NCBI GenBank assembly: GCA_040755455.1
Contig: JBFMAY010000014.1
Coordinates: 1-64,000, forward strand
Reading direction: 5' to 3'
From: Thermodesulfobacteriota bacterium
Lineage (GTDB): Bacteria; Desulfobacterota; Desulfobulbia; Desulfobulbales; SURF-16
Length of the DNA stretch: 64,000 nucleotides
Made by a program: the position numbers and the translations under genes
The notes under the pieces: model-generated
What the model was told of the DNA's origin: nothing
What the model saw: the letters and a program-made list of their open reading frames with translations, nothing else
The model's database searches: none
In this document: positions 18,581 to 30,473 of the stretch, piece by piece
How positions within the stretch are numbered: the first letter of the stretch is position 1
How the letters are laid out: each line of letters opens with the position of its first letter

Positions 18581-19927
18581 TCACTCCTCCCTTTTTTTCA
18601 CTTCGCTGACCAGACTGCCTTCGTGCAGCCGGATACGCAGCAGTTCGCCCGGCCCGGTCTGGTTAGCGGAACGGATGACCCGGCCGTCGTCTGCCCGGCT
18701 GACAATGGCGTAGCCGCGTCGGAGCACGGCCAGCGGGCTGACCGCGTCGAGCAGCACCGCGGCCCTGGCCAGTTCCTGGCGTTTGCGCTCAAGCTGCATA
18801 CGGGTAAAGACCATGATCCTTTCCCCCAGCTCATCCACCAGTTGCCGGCGGTGAACCAGTTGCCGGGCGGGATTTTGCATGGCGAGCCGGTTTTCCAGCC
18901 GCTGCAGCCGCTCCTGGTTATGGTGGATAACCCTGGCCATGGCCCCGGTCATGGCAAGCCGGCTGTGGTCAAGCACCAGGCGGAAATGGCGGAGCAGGGC
19001 GGTGGGGTCGCCCAGGCGCTGCTGCTCAAAGCGCACCTGGCGGCGGAGCATCTCCAGCTTGGTCTGGGTGCAGGAGGTGAGCCTGCCTGCGATGGCGGCC
19101 AGCCGCTGGCGCAGGGTTTCCCGGTCCGGCAGGACGTCCCTGGCCGCGGCCGTGGGGGTGGGGGAGCGGTGATCGGCGACAAAATCGGCGATGGTGAAAT
19201 CCACCTCGTGGCCCACAGCCGACACCACCGGCAGCCGGGACTCAAAAATGGCCCTGGCCGTTTTTTCCTCGTTAAAGGCCCACAGGTCTTCCAGGGAGCC
19301 GCCCCCCCGGCAGAGCACGATCACCCCGTCGTCTGCGGCCCGGCTGTTGATAGCGGCGATGGCCCGGCTGATCTCCTCGGCCGCGCCTTCCCCCTGCACC
19401 CTGACCGGGGAGATCTCGATGGGCACCGCGGGGAAGCGGCTGCGGGCGATGCGCAGGAAATCAAAAAGGGCCGCGCCCCTGGGCGAGGTGACGAGAAAGA
19501 TCTTTTCCGGCAGAAAGGGCAGCTCTTTTTTCTGCGCACTGTCAAAGAGGCCCTCGTCCGCCAGTTTTTTCTTCAGCCTGTCAAAGGCCGCCTGCAGGGC
19601 GCCGGTGCCGTAGGAATCGACAAAGTCGGCGATGATCTGGTATTCGCCCCGGGGTTCGTACACCGAGATCCGGCCGCGGCAGATGACCTGCCGGCCGTCC
19701 TGCAGGGGGGTCTCCAGGTAGCGCTGCTGGCCCTTGAACAGCACCACCCTGATCTGGGCCTCCCGGTCTTTCAGGGTGAAATAGCAGTGGCCGGAATAGG
19801 GCTGTTTGAGGTTGGAAATCTCGCCGCTTACCGTGACAAAGGAGAATTCCGTTTCCAGCAGGCCCCGGATGGAGCGGGTCAGTTCGGTCACGGTCTGCAC
19901 TTGGGAGGCGTAAGGTGAGAGGGTCAT
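18581..19927 (-). CDS. xseA: Exodeoxyribonuclease VII large subunit
   Basis: GEISN...SGHCYFTLKD, RGGGSLEDLWAFN, VGHEVDFTIADFVAD, SPLAVLRRGY. Confidence 0.96.
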   Translation of the reverse strand: MTLSPYASQVQTVTELTRSIRGLLETEFSFVTVSGEISNLKQPYSGHCYFTLKDREAQIRVVLFKGQQRYLETPLQDGRQVICRGRISVYEPRGEYQIIADFVDSYGTGALQAAFDRLKKKLADEGLFDSAQKKELPFLPEKIFLVTSPRGAALFDFLRIARSRFPAVPIEISPVRVQGEGAAEEISRAIAAINSRAADDGVIVLCRGGGSLEDLWAFNEEKTARAIFESRLPVVSAVGHEVDFTIADFVADHRSPTPTAAARDVLPDRETLRQRLAAIAGRLTSCTQTKLEMLRRQVRFEQQRLGDPTALLRHFRLVLDHSRLAMTGAMARVIHHNQERLQRLENRLAMQNPARQLVHRRQLVDELGERIMVFTRMQLERKRQELARAAVLLDAVSPLAVLRRGYAIVSRADDGRVIRSANQTGPGELLRIRLHEGSLVSEVKKREE

Positions 19928-20096
19928 AAAGTTGTCCGGTTTATGGTGACGGAAGAAGTGCGACGTTGATTTTTTTGCGTGCCGAATGTATAAGTTACTT
20001 TTTGCTCAACCGCCGTATCAAGCATTGCGGCCTTGACGATGACGAGACCCCTGCATACTATGTTGTGCAGGCCGGACTTGCAAATAAATTTTGTAA

Positions 20097-20214
20097 ATAC
20101 AGGAGACAAGAGACAGAAGTCAGAAAGCATGAGACGGGAGACAGGCGACAGAATAACTGCTGCCGGCCTCTTCCCTTTTCCATTTTGACTCCTGAATTCT
20201 GTCTCCTGACTTCT
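20097..20214. repeat. Degenerate heptanucleotide tandem repeats arranged as an inverted pair
   Basis: Eight in-phase AGACAGR-like units at 20097-20152 and four complementary units at 20183-20214. Confidence 0.7.
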
Positions 20215-20235
20215 TACCCAAAAAGGATATGCCCA

Positions 20236-20913
20236 ATGTCAGAACAGAACAGCCCTTTTACCAAACTGCGTGTTGAAGAGGTGACCCCGGCCAAGCGGAC
20301 CCTGCTGGACGAGTTGAATCTGCCGCCCAAGGTGACGAATTTTATCCGGGATAACGCCAAGGCCCTGCAGTCCTCCCTGATTACGATTATTGTCTTGATC
20401 GTGGCCTGGAATTTTTACACGTATTATACCGAGAAGCAGAAAAATGATTCCGCCGCCCTGCTGGCCCAGGCCATGCAGCAGACCGATGCCGCAGCCCGGG
20501 CCAAGGACCTGCAGCAGGTGATCAGCGATTATTCCGGCAGCGATGCCGCCATCTGGAGCAGGATCGCCCTGGCCCATGAGCAGCTGGAGAAAAAGGACTA
20601 CGCCAAGGCCCAGGAGGAACTGGCCGCCATCAAAAAGGACGTGGGCAAGGGCAGTCCGCTCTTCCCCCTGGTCCTGTTTGATCTGGCCCAGGCCCAGGAG
20701 ATGAACAATGATCTGGACAATGCCCTCGCCCAGTATGCGGCCCTGCGGGGCATTCCCGGTTTTGTCATCATCGGCTATCTGGGCGAGGCGCGGATCCATG
20801 AACAGAAAAATGACAGCGCCAAGGCCCGGGAAACCTATGAAAAGCTCAAGACCCTGCCCGAACTTGAACCGGCGGTGCGGGAATGGGTTGAGGCCAAGCT
20901 CGCGGTGAAGTAA
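20236..20913 (+). CDS. YfgM-like membrane-anchored TPR protein
   Basis: Single N-terminal TM followed by helical TPR-like repeats; start reassigned to ATG 20236. Confidence 0.7.
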   Translation: MSEQNSPFTKLRVEEVTPAKRTLLDELNLPPKVTNFIRDNAKALQSSLITIIVLIVAWNFYTYYTEKQKNDSAALLAQAMQQTDAAARAKDLQQVISDYSGSDAAIWSRIALAHEQLEKKDYAKAQEELAAIKKDVGKGSPLFPLVLFDLAQAQEMNNDLDNALAQYAALRGIPGFVIIGYLGEARIHEQKNDSAKARETYEKLKTLPELEPAVREWVEAKLAVK

Positions 20914-20918
20914 GGCCT

Positions 20919-21767
20919 ATGGAAATTATCCGCTCCCCCGGCGCCATGGCTGCCTGGTCTGACCGGGTCCGGGCCCAGGGCAGAACGATCTGTCTGGTGC
21001 CCACCATGGGTTTTTTCCATGATGGCCATCTGGCCCTCATGGGCAGGGCCGGTGAAATCGCAGGTGAAGTGGTGGTATCGCTCTTTGTCAACCCCATGCA
21101 GTTCGGCCCGGGTGAAGACCTGGCCCGCTATCCCCGGGCCTTTGACCGTGACGCGGAGCTTGCCGCGGCAGCGGGGGTTGCCGTGCTGTTTGCCCCAGGG
21201 GCCGAAGCGGTCTATCCCGCGGGCTTTTGCACCACCGTGAGCGTGCGCGGGCTGACCGAGACCCTGTGCGGCCTGAGCCGGCCCGGCCATTTTGACGGGG
21301 TCACCACGGTGGTGGCCAAGCTTTTGCACATGGTCAAGCCGCATTCCGCTGTTTTCGGGGCCAAGGACTTCCAGCAGCTGGCCGTGATCAAAAAGATGGT
21401 GGCTGATCTGAACTGGGACGTAAATATCGTCGCCCATCCAATTGTCCGGGAACCCGACGGGCTGGCCATGAGTTCCCGCAACACCTATCTCAGCGCGGAA
21501 GAACGGGGCAAGGCCCTCTGTCTGTCCCGCGCCCTGCAGCTTGCCCGGCAAAGGGTGGCGGCCGGGGAAAGGGACGCGGCCCGGCTCAGGGAGGAGATCC
21601 AGCAATATATTACTGCTTATGGTGAGGTGGCCGTTGATTATGTCGCCATCGTCGATGCGGAGACCCTTGCATCCTGCGATGAGATCACGGCCGGCTCACT
21701 GCTGGCCCTGGCCGTGCAGATCGGCCGGACCAGGTTAATTGACAACACCCTGCTTGTCGGGGCATAA
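20919..21767 (+). CDS. panC: Pantoate-beta-alanine ligase
   Basis: PTMGFFHDGH, FVNPMQF, RPGHFDGV, GLAMSSRN, RLIDN. Confidence 0.97.
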   Translation: MEIIRSPGAMAAWSDRVRAQGRTICLVPTMGFFHDGHLALMGRAGEIAGEVVVSLFVNPMQFGPGEDLARYPRAFDRDAELAAAAGVAVLFAPGAEAVYPAGFCTTVSVRGLTETLCGLSRPGHFDGVTTVVAKLLHMVKPHSAVFGAKDFQQLAVIKKMVADLNWDVNIVAHPIVREPDGLAMSSRNTYLSAEERGKALCLSRALQLARQRVAAGERDAARLREEIQQYITAYGEVAVDYVAIVDAETLASCDEITAGSLLALAVQIGRTRLIDNTLLVGA

Positions 21768-21784
21768 TTTTTTTAGGTACAATC

Positions 21785-22183
21785 ATGCAGCTCTCTATGT
21801 TGAAATCAAAAATCCACAAGGCAACCGTCACCCAGGCAGATCTGATGTATGAGGGAAGTCTCACCATCGATCGCGACCTCATGGCGGCCGTGGGCCTTTA
21901 TCCATACGAAAAGATCCAGGTCTACAATATCTACAGCGGCGACCGTTTCGACACCTACGCCATTGAAGGCGAACCGGGCTCCGGCATCATCGGGCTCAAC
22001 GGCGCGGCGGCCAGGAAGGGGATGATCGGTGATCTGATCATCATCGTCAGTTTCGCCCATTACTCTGAGGAGGATCTGAAGAGTTTCGCGCCCCGTGTGG
22101 TGATCCTTGACCAGCAGAACAGAATCAAGGAGATTGTCAAGAGCCACTTTGCCGACAGCCCGCTGACCCGGCATCTCGTCTGA
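21785..22183 (+). CDS. panD: Aspartate 1-decarboxylase
   Basis: KSKIH, YEGSLTID, NGAAAR. Confidence 0.96.
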   Translation: MQLSMLKSKIHKATVTQADLMYEGSLTIDRDLMAAVGLYPYEKIQVYNIYSGDRFDTYAIEGEPGSGIIGLNGAAARKGMIGDLIIIVSFAHYSEEDLKSFAPRVVILDQQNRIKEIVKSHFADSPLTRHLV

Positions 22184-22185
22184 TC

Positions 22186-22839
22186 ATGTACCTGCTGGTC
22201 GCGGCAACGGAGCTGGAGCTTGAACCGGCCAGACAGGCCCTGGCCGGCGCGCCGCATGTGACCTTCCTCCGCTCCGGGGTCGGCCCGGTGGACGCGGCCT
22301 TTAGCCTGACCCGCTATCTCTGCCTGCATGACCGGGTGGCGGCGGTGATCAACTTCGGGGTGGCCGGGGCCTATCGTAACACCGGACTTGAGGTGCTTGA
22401 CCTGTGTGCGGCAACGAGCGAAACCCTGGCCGACCTGGGCATCTGTCTGGCCGACCGGATCGAGCCCCTGGCCGGGGACGCCCTGGCCGTCAACCGGGAA
22501 TTTGACCTGGAGAACGAGCTGGGCCGGGAGGCCCGCCGGATTCTGGAATTTGACCACATCCCCTTTGCCAGCGGCCGGTTTCTTACGGTGAACTGTGTCA
22601 GCGGCACGGCCCGGCGCGGCGATTACCTGCAGCAGACCCAAAAGGCGCTGTGCGAAAACATGGAAGGGGCAGCCCTGGCCAGGGTCTGCCAGGGCTGCGG
22701 GGTTGATTTTTTTGAGCTGCGCTGTGTGAGCAACCTGGTTGAAGACCGCAACCCGGCCACGTGGCGGCTGCAGGAGGCCTCTGCCGCCGCCGGTTTCGCC
22801 GTGGCCGGGGTGGTGCGCGGCCTGATTCCTGAAAAATAA
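22186..22839 (+). CDS. mqnB: Futalosine hydrolase
   Basis: LVAATELE, GVGPV, ENMEGAA, ELRCVSN.VEDR; next to mqnD. Confidence 0.85.
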   Translation: MYLLVAATELELEPARQALAGAPHVTFLRSGVGPVDAAFSLTRYLCLHDRVAAVINFGVAGAYRNTGLEVLDLCAATSETLADLGICLADRIEPLAGDALAVNREFDLENELGREARRILEFDHIPFASGRFLTVNCVSGTARRGDYLQQTQKALCENMEGAALARVCQGCGVDFFELRCVSNLVEDRNPATWRLQEASAAAGFAVAGVVRGLIPEK

Positions 22840-22848
22840 AAAAGAACA

Positions 22849-23682
22849 ATGCTGACCATCGGTTTTTCCCCCTGTCCCAATGACACCTTTATCTTCCACG
22901 GTCTGGTCCATGGCCTGGCCGGACCGGCATGCCCGCCTTTTGCCGAGCCGCTGCTGGCCGATGTGGAGACCTTGAACGGCTGGGCCATGGATGGGGCCAG
23001 GCTTGACGTGACCAAGATCTCTTTCCATGCCCTGGGCCATGTGCTGGATGATTATGTGCTGCTGCGTTCCGGCGGGGCCCTGGGCCGGGGCTGCGGGCCG
23101 CTGCTGGTCGCCAGGCAGCCTCTGTCCGGCCTGGATCTCGCCGGCAAACGGATCGCCATCCCCGGCCGCTACACCACCGCTGCCATGCTGCTCCGGCTGT
23201 TCAGCCGGGCTGACTATGAACTGGTGCCCATGTCCTTTGAGACCATCATGCCCTGTGTGGCCCGGGGCGAGGTCGACTGCGGGGTTATTATCCACGAAAG
23301 CCGGTTCACTTACCCACAGCATAATCTCATCTGCCTGCAGGACCTGGGCGCCTGGTGGGAGGCCGCCACCGGCCATCCCATCCCCCTGGGCGGCATTGTT
23401 GCCCGAAGAAGCCTGGGCCGCGAGCTGCTCCTGCGGGTCGAGGCCTGCATCAGGCAGAGCGTGCGCCTGGCCCTGGCCGATGCCGGTCCGAGCCGGGCCT
23501 ATATTAAACGTTATGCCCAGGAGCTTGATGATCAGGTTATTGCCGGCCACATCGGGCTCTATGTGAATAATTTTTCCGAGGAGCTCGGGGAACAGGGGAT
23601 CGCCGCGGTCAATGAATTCCTGGTCCGGGGCCGCGCCGCGGCCATTCTGCCCTCCTCGCCACGGAATGTCGTGGTTTGTTGA
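22849..23682 (+). CDS. mqnD: 1,4-dihydroxy-6-naphthoate synthase
   Basis: GFSPCPNDTF, IIHESRFTY, HIGLYVN. Confidence 0.93.
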   Translation: MLTIGFSPCPNDTFIFHGLVHGLAGPACPPFAEPLLADVETLNGWAMDGARLDVTKISFHALGHVLDDYVLLRSGGALGRGCGPLLVARQPLSGLDLAGKRIAIPGRYTTAAMLLRLFSRADYELVPMSFETIMPCVARGEVDCGVIIHESRFTYPQHNLICLQDLGAWWEAATGHPIPLGGIVARRSLGRELLLRVEACIRQSVRLALADAGPSRAYIKRYAQELDDQVIAGHIGLYVNNFSEELGEQGIAAVNEFLVRGRAAAILPSSPRNVVVC

Positions 23683-23775
23683 AAAGCGGATTGCCGTTTC
23701 GCGTCCGTAATTCGTGATAATTATTCCTGTAAATATTGAAGCCGCGATTGATTTCGGTTATAGATGTATTGATGC

Positions 23776-23803
23776 TTGACAATTTATAGTCAGTGGCTAT
23801 ATT
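23776..23803 (+). promoter_or_regulatory. Putative sigma70 promoter of ilvB
   Basis: TTGACA-N16-TATATT. Confidence 0.5.
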
Positions 23804-23923
23804 GGGACCCTGCCTAACTTGTCGGAAATCAACCATATGTCGGTCCCCGAGTGTTGTTGTCAGCAGTGAGTTTGCTGGACTTTTTTTCACAATCATTCAA
23901 TTACTACAGAGCAGGAAAATTTT

Positions 23924-25624
23924 ATGAAAATCACAGGCTCACAGGCGTTGTTGAAATGTCTGGAAGAACAGAAGGTGGATACGATCTTCGGTTTTCCCGG
24001 AGGCGCGGTCATCGATTTGTACGATGCGATACTTGCTTCAGACAAGCTTACGCATGTACTTGTCCGCCATGAGCAGGCAGCGGTTCACGCCGCCGATGCC
24101 TATGCGCGGGTCACCGGTGACGTGGGTGTTGCCCTGGTAACCTCGGGGCCTGGCGCCACCAACACGGTTACGGGAATCGCCTCGGCCTACATGGATTCGA
24201 TCCCCATCGTTGTTTTCACCGGCCAGGTACCCACCGGCCTCATCGGCAATGACGCCTTCCAGGAAGTGGATATTGTCGGCATCACCCGGCCGTGCACCAA
24301 GCATAATTACCTGGTCAAGGATATCAATGATCTGGTGCCCACCATCCGGGAGGCCTTCCATATCGCCAGGTCTGGCCGGCCGGGGCCGGTCTTGATCGAC
24401 CTGCCCAAGGACGTCATGGCCTCAAAGATTGTTTTTCCGGAGCCGCAGCAGGTCAAGATGCGGACCTACCGGCCGACCTATGAGCCGCATCCAGGCCAGA
24501 TCGAAAAGGCCTGCCGGGCCATTCTCAAGGCCAGAAAGCCGGTTATTTACGCCGGTGGCGGCGTCATCCTGTCCAATGCCCATGAGGAGCTGACCCAACT
24601 GGCCAGAAACGCCGATATCCCCGTCACCATGACCCTGATGGGTCTCGGCGGCTTCCCCGGCACCGATCCTCTGTCCATGGGCATGCTCGGCATGCATGGC
24701 ACCTATTACGCCAACATGGCGGTGGCCAACTGTGATCTGCTCATTGCCGTCGGCGCCCGGTTTGACGACAGGGTCACCGGCAGGGTTGACGCCTTTGCCC
24801 CCCATGCCAAGATCATCCATATTGATATCGACCCGACTTCCATCAGCAAGAACGTCAAGGTTCATATCCCGATTGTCGCCGACTGCAAGCATGCCCTGAC
24901 CGCCATGAATACCTGGTTTGCCCGCAGCGAGGAGTTCAACGCCGGGACCGAGAAGGAAAATCACGCGGCCTGGCTGCGGCAGATCAATGAGTGGCGGACG
25001 GCGCATCCCCTCGGTTATATCGAAAAGCCGGATGTGATCAAGCCCCAGTTTGTCGTGCAGAAACTGCATGAACTGACCCAGGGTGATGCCATCATCACCA
25101 CCGAGGTCGGCCAGAACCAGATGTGGGCCGCCCAGTTTTATCATTTCAACCATCCCCGGGCCTTCATGACCTCCGGCGGCCTGGGGGTCATGGGCTATGG
25201 GTTCCCTGCGGCCATAGGCGCCCAGATGGCGGCTCCTGACCGGATAGTCATCGATATAGCCGGCGACGGCAGCATCCAGATGAATATTCAGGAGATGGCG
25301 ACAGCCATGCAGTATAAGCTGCCGATAAAAATTGCCATCTTAAACAACGGGTTCCTCGGCATGGTCCGTCAGTGGCAGGAGCTTTTTTATGACAAAAAGT
25401 ATTCCGCCACGACGCTTGACGTGGCGCCGGATTTCGTGGCCCTGGCCCGAGCTTATGGGGCGGTAGGCCTGCGGGCGACAAAGCCCAGCGAGGTTGAGCC
25501 GGTTATCAAGGAGGCCCTGGCGACAAAAAATCTGGTGGTGATGGATTTTGTCATAGACAGGGAAGAGGGAGTTTATCCGATGGTTCCCGCCGGAAAAGCG
25601 ACAACAGAAATGCTTCTGGTTTAA
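23924..25624 (+). CDS. ilvB: Acetolactate synthase large subunit
   Basis: [22 protein letters not shown]...NN TPP motif. Confidence 0.97.
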   Translation: MKITGSQALLKCLEEQKVDTIFGFPGGAVIDLYDAILASDKLTHVLVRHEQAAVHAADAYARVTGDVGVALVTSGPGATNTVTGIASAYMDSIPIVVFTGQVPTGLIGNDAFQEVDIVGITRPCTKHNYLVKDINDLVPTIREAFHIARSGRPGPVLIDLPKDVMASKIVFPEPQQVKMRTYRPTYEPHPGQIEKACRAILKARKPVIYAGGGVILSNAHEELTQLARNADIPVTMTLMGLGGFPGTDPLSMGMLGMHGTYYANMAVANCDLLIAVGARFDDRVTGRVDAFAPHAKIIHIDIDPTSISKNVKVHIPIVADCKHALTAMNTWFARSEEFNAGTEKENHAAWLRQINEWRTAHPLGYIEKPDVIKPQFVVQKLHELTQGDAIITTEVGQNQMWAAQFYHFNHPRAFMTSGGLGVMGYGFPAAIGAQMAAPDRIVIDIAGDGSIQMNIQEMATAMQYKLPIKIAILNNGFLGMVRQWQELFYDKKYSATTLDVAPDFVALARAYGAVGLRATKPSEVEPVIKEALATKNLVVMDFVIDREEGVYPMVPAGKATTEMLLV

Positions 25625-25658
25625 GGCCGGAAATAGATAAGAAAAGCAGGGTATCCTT

Positions 25659-26144
25659 ATGAAACATACCGTATCCGTACTATTGCAAAATAAACCCGGA
25701 GTACTGTCCCGGGTCACTGGCCTGTTCAGCGGCCGGGGTTTTAACATTGAAAGCCTGTCCGTTGCTCCGACCCTGGAGACGGATGTCTCCTGTCTGACCC
25801 TGGTGACCGTGGGCGACAACGCCATTGTTGAGCAGATCACCAAGCAGCTGCATAAGCTCATTGATGTCATCAAGGTCACGGATATCAGTGAATTCGAATT
25901 TGTCGAACGGGAAATGGCGCTCATCCGGGTAAAGGCCGAGCCGTCAACCAGGGCGGAAATACTGAGAATCTGCGATATTTTCAGAGGCAGGGTGGTGGAT
26001 GTCAGCGCCAAAAGCTACGCCCTTGAGGTGACCGGCACCTGTGACAAGGTGCAGGCGATGATTGACATTCTCCGGCCCATCGGCATTCAGGAGATCGTGC
26101 GGACCGGCACCATTGCCATGACCCGCGCCAGCAAAAAGTATTAA
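25659..26144 (+). CDS. ilvN: Acetolactate synthase small subunit
   Basis: NKPGVLSRV...RGFNIESL, QLHKLIDV. Confidence 0.95.
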   Translation: MKHTVSVLLQNKPGVLSRVTGLFSGRGFNIESLSVAPTLETDVSCLTLVTVGDNAIVEQITKQLHKLIDVIKVTDISEFEFVEREMALIRVKAEPSTRAEILRICDIFRGRVVDVSAKSYALEVTGTCDKVQAMIDILRPIGIQEIVRTGTIAMTRASKKY

Positions 26145-26204
26145 AAGTATTCAGAGCTTGATCGCCCGTCCGGTGGAGGGGCAAAACGGTAGCACTATTT
26201 CATG

Positions 26205-26242
26205 GCAATAAACCGGTATCCGGCAGGATACCGGTTTATTGC
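26205..26242. terminator. Perfect 17-bp inverted repeat between ilvN and psd
   Basis: GCAATAAACCGGTATCC-GGCA-GGATACCGGTTTATTGC; no clear U-tract. Confidence 0.5.
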
Positions 26243-26291
26243 GTCTCAGGAGAGTCTCCTGTTCTCTTGCGGGTCAGGCGGGTTTTTACAG

Positions 26292-26936
26292 ATGAAAGAA
26301 CAGCATATACCGGTGGCCAGGGAGGGTTATCCCTTTGTTGGTTTCGCCGCCTTCGCGACCATAATCTTTGCCTTGCTCGGTTATGATATCATCGCCTTCT
26401 GGGCCATGCTGCTTACCGGCTTTGTCCTGTATTTCTTCAGGGACCCGAGCCGGATTATCCCGGCCGCGCCGGACGCCCTGGTTTCCCCGGCTGACGGCAA
26501 AGTGATCCTGGTGGAAAAGGTTTTTGATGACCGGTTCGTCAATGAGCAGGTTTACAAGGTTAGTATCTTCATGAACGTCTTTAATGTTCATGTGAACAGA
26601 GTCCCCTTCTCCGGCACGGTTAACGCCATCACCTATTCGCCCGGCCGCTTTTATTCGGCCGACACGGAACGAGGCGCCCTGGAAAACGAATTCTGCGCAG
26701 TCACCATGGCCACCGAGGCGGGGCAGCGCTTTGCCGTTGTCCAGGTGGCCGGACTCATTGCCCGCAGGATTGTCTGCTGGGCGGAGCAGGGTGATGCGCT
26801 CAGCCGGGGCCAGCGTTTCGGGCTTATCCGTTTCGGTTCCCGGGTGGACCTCTATCTGCCATTAGAAACCCAGCTTGAGATAACAACCGGTCAGAAAGTG
26901 AAGGCCGGCGAGACGGTGCTCGGGTATCTCCCCTGA
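26292..26936 (+). CDS. psd: Phosphatidylserine decarboxylase proenzyme
   Basis: FFRDP, SPADG, NVHVNR, FGSRVD self-cleavage motif; start reassigned to 26292. Confidence 0.93.
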   Translation: MKEQHIPVAREGYPFVGFAAFATIIFALLGYDIIAFWAMLLTGFVLYFFRDPSRIIPAAPDALVSPADGKVILVEKVFDDRFVNEQVYKVSIFMNVFNVHVNRVPFSGTVNAITYSPGRFYSADTERGALENEFCAVTMATEAGQRFAVVQVAGLIARRIVCWAEQGDALSRGQRFGLIRFGSRVDLYLPLETQLEITTGQKVKAGETVLGYLP

Positions 26937-27160
26937 TATTTTCTTTGGAATTATAGTGCATTGCCTTTTATTTGATTTATTATAATATGAAATATTATCG
27001 TTTCCCCGCCGTCTGTCGGCAGGCGCAGCGCCCGGCCCCGTTGCAGGGCATGGGGGAGCAAATGTTTGTCAGCCATGGAAAAACCGTAAGCGAAGGCAAA
27101 TCACCTGTGTAAAGCCGGCACCCTGCCCAGAGAGCGGGCCGCTCACTAGAGGATAACATT

Positions 27161-28711
27161 ATGACCGACGGTAACGTTGCCACAGACAAAGAGAAGGTTT
27201 TCATATTTGACACCACCCTGCGGGATGGCGAGCAGTCTCCCGGGGCGAGTATGAACATGCAGGAGAAGTTCCGCCTGGCCCAGCAACTGGTTAAATTGCA
27301 GGTTGATGTGATTGAGGCCGGGTTTCCCATCGCCTCGGTGGGCGACTTTGACTGTGTCAAAAATATCGCCGACAATATCAGGGGCGTGCAGGTGGCCGGA
27401 CTGGCGCGGGCCAACCAGAAGGATATCGACCGGGCCTGGGAGGCCCTGAAAAAAGGGGAGAACCCGCGCATCCACACCTTTCTCGCCACCTCGGACATCC
27501 ATCTCAAACATAAACTGCGCATGAGCCGCGAGCAGATGCTGGAACTGGCGGTGGCCTCGGTGAAGCATGCGGCGAAATACACCGCCAACGTGGAGTTTTC
27601 CGCGGAAGACGCCTCCCGCAGCGATCTGGATTTCGTCTGCCGGGTATTTGAGGCGGTGATTGCCGCCGGCGCCACCACGGTGAACTTTCCCGATACCACC
27701 GGCTATGCCCTGCCTGATGAATTCGGCGCTAAGATCGCCTATCTCATGAAAAATACGGCCAATATCAACAAGGCCGTGCTGAGCGTGCACTGCCATAATG
27801 ACCTCGGCCTGGCCGTGGCCAATTCCCTGGCGGCCATCAAGGCCGGGGCCCGCCAGGTGGAGGCGACCATCAACGGTATCGGCGAGCGGGCAGGCAACAC
27901 GGCCATGGAAGAGGTGGTCATGGCGCTGCGCACCAGGGCAGATCAGGTCAATGTGCGCACCGATATCGTCACGGAATTCATTCATGCCTCCAGCCGCATG
28001 GTCAGTTCAATCACCGGCATCATGGTGCAGCCCAACAAGGCCATAGTCGGCGCCAATGCCTTTGCCCATGAGTCAGGCATCCATCAGGACGGGATTCTCA
28101 AGGAAAGGACCACTTACGAGATCATGAATCCCTGCGATATCGGTCTCACCGCCGGCAACCTGGTGCTGGGCAAACACTCAGGCCGTCATGCCCTGAAGGA
28201 ACGGGTCAAGTCCCTGGGCTACGATAATCTGACCGATGATGAGCTCAATCGTGTCTTCCACCGTTTCAAGGGGCTGGCGGATGTCAAAAAGGAGATGTTC
28301 GACGAGGATCTGGAGGCCATTCTGCTGGACGAGATCGTCCGCATTCCGGAAACCTATCAGCTGCTCTCGCTTGGGGCCATGAGCGGCAATAAGACCATGC
28401 CCACCTCGGCGGTGAAGCTGCTGGTGGAGGGCAAAGAGGTGCAGGATGCGGGCCTGGGCGTCGGTCCCATTGACAGCGCCTTCCGCACCATTGCAAAACT
28501 CACCGGCACCACCAGCAAGCTGCTCTATTTCGCTGTCAGCTCCATCACCGGCGGCACCGATGCCCAGGGCGAGGTGATGGTCCGGGTTGAGGATGAGGGA
28601 AAGATCGTTATTGGTCAGGGTGCTGATCCGGATATTATCACCGCATCGGCCAAGGCTTACTTGAACGCCCTGAACCGTTTGGTATATTTAAAAAAAGAAA
28701 GGAATAAGTGA
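27161..28711 (+). CDS. leuA: 2-isopropylmalate synthase
   Basis: [31 protein letters not shown]. Confidence 0.97.
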   Translation: MTDGNVATDKEKVFIFDTTLRDGEQSPGASMNMQEKFRLAQQLVKLQVDVIEAGFPIASVGDFDCVKNIADNIRGVQVAGLARANQKDIDRAWEALKKGENPRIHTFLATSDIHLKHKLRMSREQMLELAVASVKHAAKYTANVEFSAEDASRSDLDFVCRVFEAVIAAGATTVNFPDTTGYALPDEFGAKIAYLMKNTANINKAVLSVHCHNDLGLAVANSLAAIKAGARQVEATINGIGERAGNTAMEEVVMALRTRADQVNVRTDIVTEFIHASSRMVSSITGIMVQPNKAIVGANAFAHESGIHQDGILKERTTYEIMNPCDIGLTAGNLVLGKHSGRHALKERVKSLGYDNLTDDELNRVFHRFKGLADVKKEMFDEDLEAILLDEIVRIPETYQLLSLGAMSGNKTMPTSAVKLLVEGKEVQDAGLGVGPIDSAFRTIAKLTGTTSKLLYFAVSSITGGTDAQGEVMVRVEDEGKIVIGQGADPDIITASAKAYLNALNRLVYLKKERNK

Positions 28712-28721
28712 AGGTTGAAAC

Positions 28722-29750
<1,029 letters not shown>

Positions 29751-29882
29751 AAGGGGAGCAAGCTGATAAGTTGCTGAGCTGCCTAAGCTGTTAAGAAAAA
29801 GAAAACGGCGCCCACGGCGTGCAGCGGCAGCGGACCGAGAGGGGGATGAAGGTCCCGGTCGGCAAAAACCAGACAATACAGG

Positions 29883-30473
29883 ATGCGCATTATCGCCGGA
29901 ACGGCCAGGGGCCGCAGACTTGCTTCACCCGGCAGTGGTACGCTTGCCATCCGGCCGACCTCGGACCGGGCCAGGGAGGCGGTTTTCAATATCCTGGCGG
30001 ACGAGGTCGCCGGGGCCAGGGTGCTTGATCTCTTTGCCGGGACGGGCGCCCTGGGTCTGGAGGCATTGAGCCGGGGGGCTGCATCGGCGGTCTTTGTGGA
30101 CAAAGGTCGGTCAGCCGTCGGCTTGATCGGCAAAAATATCCAATTGTGCGGCTTTTGGGAAAAATCCGTTGTGTTGCAAAGGGATTTGACCAGAAGCCTT
30201 TCCTTTTTGCAGTCCTATGCTGCCTCTGGAGGATTTTCCCTGGTTTTTATCGATCCTCCTTATAAAACGCTGCTTGCGGAAACGATCATCCTGGAACTTG
30301 GCAAAGGGGAGATTGTCCGTCCCGGCGGCCTGCTGGTGGCGGAATCGAGCTCCGGCGGACATCTGCCGGCGGAGATCTCCCCGTTCTCCCTGAAGGACCA
30401 GCGGGTATATGGCGAGGCCGGTTTCTGGTTCTACAGGAAAAAGGACAGGGAAAAAGAGAGGGACATCTTGTGA
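29883..30473 (+). CDS. rsmD: 16S rRNA m2G966 methyltransferase
   Basis: MRIIAG, RPT.DR.RE, LDLFAGTG, DPPY. Confidence 0.93.
   Translation: MRIIAGTARGRRLASPGSGTLAIRPTSDRAREAVFNILADEVAGARVLDLFAGTGALGLEALSRGAASAVFVDKGRSAVGLIGKNIQLCGFWEKSVVLQRDLTRSLSFLQSYAASGGFSLVFIDPPYKTLLAETIILELGKGEIVRPGGLLVAESSSGGHLPAEISPFSLKDQRVYGEAGFWFYRKKDREKERDIL

Noticed and set aside
26987..27150. Leucine attenuator or c-di-GMP riboswitch upstream of leuA
   Set aside because: The short upstream ORF is not Leu-rich; GGCAAA is present but the rest of the GEMM consensus is missing
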